A stretch of DNA of 64,000 nt, taken from sequence record OR050627.1, one strand, 5' to 3'. Of this stretch, positions 28,523 to 38,400 are shown one piece after another. The position numbers and the translations under genes were made by a program. The first letter of the stretch is position 1. Every line of letters starts with the position of its first letter. The notes beneath the pieces were generated by a model. That model worked only from the letters and a program-made list of their open reading frames with translations, ran no database searches and was not told the DNA's origin.

Positions 28523-29368
28523 ATGCTAAATACATTTACAAATATGACGTCCGCCAATAACAATGAATTCTTAAATGAATGTGTTATTGCTGCTAAGAAA
28601 TTCGATGGCCACTTTATTATTGCAAAAAATCGTGACCGTCCGTACGATCCATCATTAACGTTAATCCACGAAATTATTGACGGTATTGAAACTGTGTGGA
28701 TGGTTGATGAAGATACTGACTGGTCAGAAGGTATGAATGAATTTGGCATTAGCATAGTTAATTCGGCGCTTATGGTTGCTAGAGATGAGGCTGAAAAGAA
28801 AACTGCCAAGAAAGAAGGCAAAAAGTTTTTGAAGGACGGCACAATAATTCGTGAAGCGCTAAAGCATTCTGATGTTGAAAAGATCATTGACATTATCATA
28901 AGCAAAGACGGCGGGCTTAAAGGTCATACTTTCGTTTGTACAAAAGATGAACTTTATGCAGTTGAATTGACTTCTAAACATCAGCCAGAAGTTCAAAACA
29001 TTTCTGATTCTGACAATGAAGTTAGGACTAACCACGGAATCAAACATACTTCTGCAGGTTACCAAAAAGGCTTGTCATTCAAGTCATCTGCAATTCGTAA
29101 AAATTCTGCAATTGCTCAGATTAGTAAAGCTAATACGCCTGAGGAAGTTCTGCAAAGAATGCGTAAACGTCTTTATAAAAAGGATTCTATGCTTAATATG
29201 AAACGTGATACTAAAAAGCTTTGGACATCTTCGCAACTTATGATGGACCCGACAAATCTGACCATTAAGCTAGTAGCATTTTCTGACAAAACTCAGGATT
29301 TGAAAATTGACAACAGATTGCCAGAAGGTTATGTGCCTAAAATCAAACTTGAATTGCAAGTTATATAA
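28523..29368 (+). CDS. Ntn-hydrolase (peptidase C45 / choloylglycine hydrolase-like)
   Basis: C20-VIAAKKFDGHFIIAKNRD and EGMNEFGISIVNSAL are typical Cys-Ntn motifs; later VRTNH. The Cys is preceded by FLNE. Confidence 0.75.
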   Translation: MLNTFTNMTSANNNEFLNECVIAAKKFDGHFIIAKNRDRPYDPSLTLIHEIIDGIETVWMVDEDTDWSEGMNEFGISIVNSALMVARDEAEKKTAKKEGKKFLKDGTIIREALKHSDVEKIIDIIISKDGGLKGHTFVCTKDELYAVELTSKHQPEVQNISDSDNEVRTNHGIKHTSAGYQKGLSFKSSAIRKNSAIAQISKANTPEEVLQRMRKRLYKKDSMLNMKRDTKKLWTSSQLMMDPTNLTIKLVAFSDKTQDLKIDNRLPEGYVPKIKLELQVI

Positions 29369-29417
29369 AAATAGTTGACATAAAATTTTCAAATGTCAAA
29401 TAATTTTTATATATTTG
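29368..29417 (+). promoter_or_regulatory. Full promoter AAAATAGTTG...ATGTC-N12-TATATTTG
   Basis: All three elements present. Confidence 0.8.
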
Positions 29418-29448
29418 CATTAATAAATAATCAAACAACATACACAAT

Positions 29449-30489
29449 ATGAACTTTAACAAAAATGAGGCCTACGGAATTGGAGGCGAAAAATTAACTT
29501 ATAAGGGCCAGACTTCTACAGCCAATAAAGTATACCATGCATTCGTTAACGAATCAGGAAGTAATGTTTTCTTAACTGCTGAGCAGATTAACGAAGCCAC
29601 AAACGGTTCTGCCGACGAAGAAGTTTACAATCAATGGGCCGAACTTTTACTTCAGCATATTGGCGTTACAAGAGCTAAAAAGTATCTTAATGCTAACGAC
29701 ATCAACAAAGAACTTAAAGCTATGCTTGATGCTAATCATGACATGGAGTCTGACATTCTTTACGATAAAGCAATGAACGCTAAGCTTATTGCTGCAGTAA
29801 GCAGACGTAGAAAGGCTGCAGGCTATGTTAATGAAAACGAATCTAGCGGCTTCATTAATTTCATTAACGAGCATTTTGAGCGTAGACGTTTTGGTTCGCC
29901 AAACTTTGAAGTTACTGACAGATTAGATAGTCAGCTTGATGGCGATGAAGTTATGGCAATTGCAGAAAAATATTGGAAAGGAGTTTCAAAATCTATCAGC
30001 TATCAGAACAACGTAGCATATGATGCTCAGAAAAAATTGGCAAAATATTTTAACGATAACAGGGCATCTATTGACAAAGCAGATTTTGATGTTTTTGCAT
30101 CTGAATATATTGCTGCATCTAAACGTAAATTAGATAATAAGCCTGCGTATACGCCGCCACCTGCAAACAGAATGGAGACTTATGCAGATTTCATTACTAA
30201 AAACTTCCCAGTTTTCAAAGGATTTAGGTTTCCGGAAGTCAAGGGCGACAAGCAATTCGAAGACACTCTTTATGTAAAAGTTAAGCCTGCAGATTATGGC
30301 GCATTAGCACCGCTATTTAAAGATATTACTGCATACATTTACATTCAAATAAATTCAAATGGTTCTGGTGATGTATCTTATGGACTTAAAGGTACTACAG
30401 TTCAAACTGGCAAAGAAAAACAGATTTACAAAGCTGGTTGGAATACTAAAGATGGAGGCAAAACCTTCAAAACTTTAGGTTGGGACTAA
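29449..30489 (+). CDS. Putative multi-domain internal head protein
   Basis: FVNE/S, QINE/A, YVNENE/S and FINE/H motifs; the C-terminal domain is paralogous to the next ORF. Confidence 0.6.
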   Translation: MNFNKNEAYGIGGEKLTYKGQTSTANKVYHAFVNESGSNVFLTAEQINEATNGSADEEVYNQWAELLLQHIGVTRAKKYLNANDINKELKAMLDANHDMESDILYDKAMNAKLIAAVSRRRKAAGYVNENESSGFINFINEHFERRRFGSPNFEVTDRLDSQLDGDEVMAIAEKYWKGVSKSISYQNNVAYDAQKKLAKYFNDNRASIDKADFDVFASEYIAASKRKLDNKPAYTPPPANRMETYADFITKNFPVFKGFRFPEVKGDKQFEDTLYVKVKPADYGALAPLFKDITAYIYIQINSNGSGDVSYGLKGTTVQTGKEKQIYKAGWNTKDGGKTFKTLGWD

Positions 30490-30508
30490 CATAAATACAT
30501 TAAGCAGC

Positions 30509-30850
30509 ATGAAAGGATTTTTTATTAACGAAGCTACTGAAAGCTTCGATTCTAAAGATACGGTAGCATTTATTAACAAAACATTCCCAGGAATTTCAAC
30601 AAAATTCTTGCCGGCTAACTTCATGACTAAAATGAAGTACGAAAACAGTAACATTATTGCTGACAAGGAAATGTGAATTTTCTCAGCAGTATTAGCTGAT
30701 TGTATCAGCAAACTGACTGTTAGAACTTTTGGAGTTAATGAAGTTGAGATATTATTTGACTTAAGCTATGAACTTAAAAACCGTAAAAGCAATGGAATGT
30801 CAGTTTCTTACACATCTAGCGATGGCGGTAAGAACTTCAAAATTCAATAA
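30509..30850 (+). pseudogene. Paralog of the upstream C-terminal domain, interrupted by one in-frame TGA (30674-30676); pseudogene, read-through or sequencing error
   Basis: MKGFFINE/ATESF...DKEM*IFSAVLAD...SYTSSDGGKNFKIQ*, compared with upstream ...DYGALAPLFKD...GWNTKDGGKTFK. CATAAATA late-like box at 30490-30497. Not in the ORF track. Confidence 0.7.
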
Positions 30851-30867
30851 GCATACTTTAAAATAGC

Positions 30868-30900
30868 AATGCCTAGCACTTTAGAGTGCTAGGCATTTTT
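30868..30900 (+). terminator. Intrinsic terminator (GCCTAGCACT family)
   Basis: aatgcctagcact/agtgctaggcatt; relatives near 32366 and at 45403. Confidence 0.85.
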
Positions 30901-30950
30901 GTACATTTAAGCTAGCCGAATAAATAATAAAACTAAACAAATTTTTTATA

Positions 30951-31349
30951 ATGGCATTTGACTTTAAAGATATTTTGTACGACAGAGTCAGATTTGAAAC
31001 GCCAGGAATTCCAGGTAATGTAGTTATTGAGGACGGTTTGGTACGTCAAACGCAAATGCCTGATGGCGACATCGACAATCTTTTTAAGTACATTTACATT
31101 TATGCAGGTGATGGCACGCCTAGAAAAATACCAGCTACTTCAATTGCTAGTGTTTATTATGCTGATGGTCAGCTATCATCAAACAGAACAATAGACACTA
31201 ACGGATTTACTTTTGCAATATCCGGACTAACTAAACAAACAACCAATCTAAGTAACTACACAGTAATGCTACAGGATGGCAATGCTAATATGCATGTAGC
31301 AGATGCTAGTGAATTTGTTAACAACGTATATACAGAAACTGATTGGTAA
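30951..31349 (+). CDS. Putative tail-fibre-associated protein
   Basis: First gene of the fibre cluster; N-terminus paralogous to 40849..41955. Confidence 0.55.
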   Translation: MAFDFKDILYDRVRFETPGIPGNVVIEDGLVRQTQMPDGDIDNLFKYIYIYAGDGTPRKIPATSIASVYYADGQLSSNRTIDTNGFTFAISGLTKQTTNLSNYTVMLQDGNANMHVADASEFVNNVYTETDW

Positions 31350-31409
31350 CAAAACACGACTTGACCTAAAAGACTACATAAAAATCTAACATATAACAAA
31401 ACAACACTA

Positions 31410-32333
31410 ATGGCAAACAAGGCTGTAGGGATGTTATGGAAGACCGCACTACCGGCTGTAGCGGACTTACTCCCAAATTCAATTTATTTTATTAAACCGG
31501 CTACTGGTGTAAAACCAGGAGTATTCGTTACGAACAATGATGCTTCACAGGTTATGCAAATTAACCCTGATACTATTGTCGGGGACTTTGTTGCCAAAAT
31601 TAACGGCATAGCGCCAACAGACGGTAATGTTAATTTGGACATTGCGTTTAACGCTACTACTGGAGTGCTTACATTTACTGGAGGAGCTAACCAAGTTAAC
31701 CTTGACGCTAGGTACGTTAAGAAGGCAGATTTTGCACCTTGGCAGTCTACTACAGATAATAGACTTACTGCATTAGAAGCGTTAGCTGCTACAGGACTAA
31801 AAACTCCAGTTGCATTCGATGCATCAGCCAATGCAACGTTCCCTACACAAGCACAAGGTTTTACGTACAAAGTTACTGTAGCAGGTACAACTTCAGGAGT
31901 ACTACTTGAAGTAGGAGATACAATTATTTACGACAAGCCAGGAAATACTAACACACCTTATGTCGTTCAGGCAAACATTGATGCCGCAACTACAACAGTA
32001 AAAGGTATCATCAGAATAGCTACACAAACTGAAGTTAACAACAAAGTAGTAGGTTCGTTAGTAGGCGATGCTTCCGTAACGCCACTTACGCTTTACTACA
32101 AACTAAATGCTTGGCTAGCAGATATTACTGCATCTCAGACTGACGTAAACGCCGGAACTCGTAATGATGTTTTCGTTACTCCTGCTACTTTAAAAGTTAG
32201 GCTAGACACTATCGTAGCTAGTTTACATACCCACACCAACAAAACTCAGCTAGATAAAATAGGAGAGGATGCTGGCGGTAATATGACTTATGGTGGCAAG
32301 CCAGTTTACACTCTGCAAATTTCCGAGTGGTAG
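31410..32333 (+). CDS. Tail fibre protein (proximal/connector type)
   Basis: RIATQTEV...VTPLTL and ASQTDVNAG...VTPATL fibre repeats; ends with the HTHTNKTQLDKI motif. Confidence 0.7.
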   Translation: MANKAVGMLWKTALPAVADLLPNSIYFIKPATGVKPGVFVTNNDASQVMQINPDTIVGDFVAKINGIAPTDGNVNLDIAFNATTGVLTFTGGANQVNLDARYVKKADFAPWQSTTDNRLTALEALAATGLKTPVAFDASANATFPTQAQGFTYKVTVAGTTSGVLLEVGDTIIYDKPGNTNTPYVVQANIDAATTTVKGIIRIATQTEVNNKVVGSLVGDASVTPLTLYYKLNAWLADITASQTDVNAGTRNDVFVTPATLKVRLDTIVASLHTHTNKTQLDKIGEDAGGNMTYGGKPVYTLQISEW

Positions 32334-32443
32334 TGTAAATTAAAACTTTTAACGACAACAAATTCAAGCCTAGTACTTTTAAAAGTGCTGGGCATTTGTC
32401 GTTGACTATATACATACTTAAAATATAACATAACTTTTCGACG

Positions 32444-35400
32444 ATGCTATACAAATACACAACACTCCCGGCAGATACTTCAGCGTTACCAGTAGGCGCT
32501 TTGATTCTTACAAAGAGTGGTGACGGTTACATTCTTGACAATAATAAAGTTGCGGTGCCTTTCAAAGGTAATGTACTTACTACTACGCTAATAAACAATT
32601 GGAATGACGCTTACACTAAAGCGCATGTGCATGCTAACAAAGATACGTTGGACCTTATTAGCTTACTTTCAATTCAAAAATGGGATGAGGCTTACTCACT
32701 AAAGCACTCGCATACTAACCTGGCAACGTTAGAAACTATAACTCCTTCTAAAATTGCTGAGTGGAACAGTGCAATGAAGTTTATAAAAACATTGTCTACT
32801 GAGGACTTAGATACTGTAATTACTAACGGAATCTATACTCAGCCATCTAATGCCAACGCGACAACAGCAAATCACTATCCAATTGGTTACGCCGGAACGT
32901 TAACAGTGCTAGGCAATGGTACTAACCACATTGTTCAGGAATATGTTAGGCTTGCGTCAGGTGCTACTGGCAACGTAAAATATCGCAGATACTACTATGT
33001 TTCATCAGGATGGTCTAACTGGCAAAAATCGTTAGATGATCGTGATATTACTCAGGCAATGATTGATTCTTGGAATCTTGCAGTGTCTTGGGGTAACCAC
33101 GCATCGGCTGGATATTTAACTAGCACTACTGGTGACGCTAGGTATCTAAAACTTACTGGAGGCACATTAACTGGTGATGTTGCAGTAACTGGAGGTAAAA
33201 CATTTACATTCACTGCTACCGATGGCAAAACTTATGAAGTTAACGGTTCAGGCACTAAGCATACTTCTGGAGCTAACGTTTTCAGCACTAACTTTATTAA
33301 CGCTACAACGTATGGGCTGACTCATGGTACTCAGCAAATGCTAACCAAGGACATTACTAACAACATACTAAAAATTGGTAATGACACTGCACCTGCACAA
33401 TTAAGATTAAAATCTGCAGTAGGTCCAAATCCTACATCAACAGTACTTACTGATAGCAATGGTGACGTTTCTATAGTTCCTGCTTTACCGCTATTTACGA
33501 ACTATCTTGAACCGCAACTAATTGCTAATGCTGATAGCGCAACAACAAAAGGCATAGAGCTTAACTACTTAGACTCTACTTCACTAAACAAACCTACTAC
33601 ATTAGCTAACGGAACGTTAATGTCGTTGAACATAAACAGTTCAGGAGGCTCGCAATTAGCAATATCAACATCAACTGATCCTGCAGTTTATTTCAGAACT
33701 AGATCAAACACTACATTCGGTGGATGGACTAGGTTAGCTACAACTAACGATCTTACTGCAATTGGCAATGACTATATTAGCAAAACTACTAACGACTTAC
33801 CTGCTAATTCGGCTTGGTATGTTAAGAAAGGAACTTCTGGAATTGGTGTAGTAGATACTAACTTTATTGGATTGTTTGATGCTTCTACAAAAGCTTACGT
33901 TACTGGCGGAGTGCTAAAAATTGTTAATGGGGGTGTAGAAACTAATGCATTATCTACATTTAACGGAACGACTACGTTCAACAACAACACTACTTATGTT
34001 AACGCTAGTACGTTATTTATGTTAGGCGTGCATAACGCTACGCTAGGTATGCAAGGCAACGGCAGACTTTCCGTAACGTCTGGAAGTGCTAACAAAACCG
34101 GTAGTATAATTGTTGAAGGAGATTCACCAATTATTGCAAGACCTGAAACTATAGTTAATTCTGATACTGTACTTGCAAACTTACCTGTAGGTACTCATGG
34201 TGCAGGTACTAGCATAGGAGGCGTTAATGCATCATTCATAACTTTTGGTAGCCCAGTTACTGGAACTAAAACAAACTTGCTTGGCTCTACTACAGGCTTC
34301 TTGAAATTCAGATCATCGTCAGGTGCTACTTTTAACGATTGGAAGTCTTTAGTTTCTTTTGAAGACTTACAATTAGCTACTACAGAAACTTCAGTTAGCT
34401 TAACGTTCAATGGCGTAACAAAGACTGCGCCAATAACTACCGGAACGTTAACTGGCGTAATGTACACAAACAACTGGACATTACCATTTGGTACAACTAA
34501 AGGTTATATTGATATTGAAATGCCGACGTCTACTACCGGTGACATAGTACTTACGTTAGTAGGCTACTGGGGTAACGAACGACAATCAGGTTCTGTTAAG
34601 TATCAAATTGGATTTGGCGCAAATACTACTCAGATTTACGATCAGTATGCAAATATAGTTTCGGTTACAGGAGGTCAAGTTTTGTTAGATAGCTATGCAG
34701 TTAATTTATCTGCGGCTATAGTGCTAGTTAATGCTAAGCCTTGTTTACGTATTTGGTGTATGCGTGATGGCATTTCACAAACTAACACAGTTAGGGCTTT
34801 CTTACAAATAAAAACTAGACAAGGTACTCCGTTTACATCATTGGCTGATGTTAAGCCGTTAGCTTTCGTAGCAGAGCCTAACATACCAACATTTATGGAC
34901 CTTGACCAGGCGCCTAAGTCAGTTTCATTTAATCAGATTGCAGTAAGATCATCTGCGCAAAATGATGACAACGCCGCAATTAAGCTTAAAACTGCTAGAA
35001 TTTCAACATCGCCAACAAATACAAATGGTATTCGTGTAGTAGGTACATCAAATACTGCAGCAGGTTATCTTTATTTAGGTTCAGGTAACAATAGACTAGG
35101 AGTTGATGACGGCTCAGCAAATTCGCCTTTGCTTTATAACTCATCACCAGTAGTTACAAGAGACTATGCTATAGCAAATGGTTTTATATTTTCAGAAGGC
35201 AATGCCAGAGGTACTATAAATGGAGTTTCTGCTGAAGTAGGACTTCCTGCTAACTCATTTAAACCAGTAAAATCAGGATTCTACAGAGCTAATGGCGAAA
35301 ACAACTGGGGCGCATTATCGCTAAACATTGCACACCCATCGCAATCTAATGGAGGATTTATGGCAGGTATTGCTTTTGATTATTCGGGAGCTAATGCATA

Positions 35401-38400
35401 CTTAACGGGTAATGATTCGGCAGGTAACAAACTTCCTAACAAGAAAATTTTAACATCTGCAGATATCGACATATCTAAGTATTGGGAGAAATGGACCGAT
35501 GGCACTAATGTAGGATTTAATAATGTTACACCTTACTACTTCCTAGGCGCAGATGCTAACACTGCACAGAAAGTTTATACTGGCGGATTACTTGCATCAA
35601 ACAGCTTCAGTGATGGTACTAAAATTCCTACTTTTGGATTATATTCAAAGGGTGACATTGCATTTGACGGCAATTTAAACAGGTTATCAGGCGAATTAAA
35701 CATTCAACGTACAGGCATTAATAAGCTTAGAACTAACGGGCCATCTACAATTTTATCTGCCGAAGCGACTAACACTACATCAGGTGCTTTTATTAGACCT
35801 TTAGGTGATAACAATACTGCAGGGCAAACTATATTTGCTAAAGACATCGTACGTTACAACACAAAAGCTAGACAATTTAGTAGTGTATCTAACGTAACTA
35901 AATATGAAAACTTGGCAGCAGTATCGTTGGCACATAACGGCCCTAGTACAATAAAAGTTATGTTCCCTCATAGTTTGAATACTATAATGTGGAACATTAA
36001 GCTTACTGTAGTTTCATATACTGGCGCAAACAATACTAACGTTAACCAGCTGCCAATGGAACTAACAATTTCAGGTTATGGCTCGGCGCCTACAACACCG
36101 TCGACTAATACTGGTGCTTCTGTAGTGAACGCGTTTCCTGCGTTCACTGGAGTTAAAATTGGTTTAGATGATGCTACTGGCTTTAAAACGTTAATGCTTA
36201 ATTTTAGTGCGCCTTTAGCATATCCAAAAGTCATAATCGACCAAGTAATTTATCATCACTCTGGGCTAACGCCGACAATTACTGACTTAGATAATGACTA
36301 TGTTATTACACAAACTGCTGACGAAACTGGATTTACTGCACAAACTGATATTCCGTTAACGCAATTTAAAGGTTATTTTGACATTGCTAAGGCTAGCACA
36401 GCATTTCCTACTAACATAGCTAATGCTAACCAAGCATCAGCAATAAACCAGGATATGAACACATTGCCTAGCGGTAACTACGTTGGCGGTGTAAGTGTAT
36501 CTGCACAAAATTTGCCGATTCCTGTAGGCACTGGCAATCCAGGAGGCTTAATATCTTTTGGTAGCGGTTCACAGACGACTAGAATTCTAGGCGCTAGTGA
36601 TGGTTCTGATAATCTTTGGTTTAATTCAGGTACTTCTACAAAATGGTATCAGCTAGCTTCAAGAGATTACGTAACTACGCAATTAGCAAACTACATACCA
36701 ACGTCACAGAAAGGCGTAGCTAATGGGGTTGCTACGTTAGATGCTAATGGTACTGTACCTTCTACGCAACTGCCTTCTTACGTTGATGATGTTTTAGAAT
36801 TTGCATCGTTATCGGCATTCCCAGCAGTAGGTGAATCTGGTAAAATTTATATTGCTATTGATACTAATTTACAGTATAGATGGTCTGGTTCAGTTTACGT
36901 ACCTATTATGAGTTCCGGAGGTGTAATATCCGTAAATGGTAAAACTGGCATAGTTACTTTAGATAAAACTGACATTGGTTTAGGAAATGTAGACAATACT
37001 GCAGATAACGTAAAGAACGTACTTAGCGCCACTAAGTGGACTACGCCAAGAACATTTACGTTAAATGGTGACATTTCTGCTATAGGTACAGTTGATGGCT
37101 CGGCTAACGTAACGTTCGCAACTACTTTGCCAAACATTGTAACTGCAGGAACTTATAAAATTACTACAGTCAATGCTAAAGGCCAAGTTACTGGAGGTTC
37201 AAATCCTACAACTTTAGCAGGCTTTGGCATTACTGATGCTATGTCAACATCGCATCCAGCTAATGTGATTACTTCAACTGACATTGCTAACTGGAATGCT
37301 CAAGTAGCAGTAGGCAATTTTAGAACTTATGGTTTAGGAACATACAATGCACAAACTATATCTGATTTTAATACGTTACAGACGCAACTTGAAAATGTAA
37401 CTAGATTCTATGGTTCAGTTAATGCTGCAGTTACTAATGGGCCTGCCGGAATTGATTATCCTGGAGGTGTTTTTAATAGTATAAGTAATGCAGTACAATC
37501 TGCATTAGTTTTTGGAGGTCATGGCAATAACAATGGTTTAGCATACAGAAACAAAACTGGTACTAATGCATGGGGTAACTGGATATACGCTTGGACAGAC
37601 AAGCATTTTAGCCAAACTAACATAAACAATTGGAATGCCGCGTTTGGTTGGGGTAACCACTCAACTCAAGGCTACTTAAAGGCTGCAGATTTAACAGGAT
37701 TAGTTAAGAAATCTGGCGATACTATGTCAGGTATGCTTACGATAAACTCAACATCGCAACCATTAGCACTTAAAGGCGCATCTGCAAATACTAACTACAC
37801 TACTTACATTAAACATGATGGCAGCGGTAATATTGGATTTATTGGTTCAAATGGCGGTGGTGCTATTGGTGATGGCGGAACTGGTGACCGATTTGTAATT
37901 CGCGGAACTGCAGGTCTTGATCTTTATAATGATGCTGGTGCAATTACTGCTAATGGTGGCGCAATTTGGAGCACTATGCATTTTTCAAGCACTGATTTAG
38001 AAAGTTTCTTTGAAGCTTATAATAACAGCATTTCAGGCGGAACTATGACACCTACACAGCTACAGCTTACAAGAACAGGGTCCACTCCAATTAACATTGC
38101 TATACCGACGTTCAACCAAAATACTACAGGCAATGCAGGTTCTGCAACTAAATTGCAAACTGCAAGGACTATAAAAATTGGTGAGCAATCAGGAGCTTTT
38201 GATGGTACTGGAAACTTAACTTTCGGTCACAACGAAATGAAAGTTACTATGTGCGGTGTTAAGACATATGGCGAATCTTGGAACTCAGTAGTAGTGCTAG
38301 ATACTAGAAATGCCAGCCCATTACCATCGACAGATTTACAATCAGCAGTTACATTTGACTTTAAGCAGTCATCTGCAATTGGACTAAATAGCATTCCTGG

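Noticed and set aside
30674-30676. Genome-wide stop-codon reassignment (TGA or TAG)
   Set aside because: Very long ORFs (2,373, 1,347 and 889 aa) are intact in the standard code, TAG ends about ten genes at sensible positions, and only one internal TGA was found.
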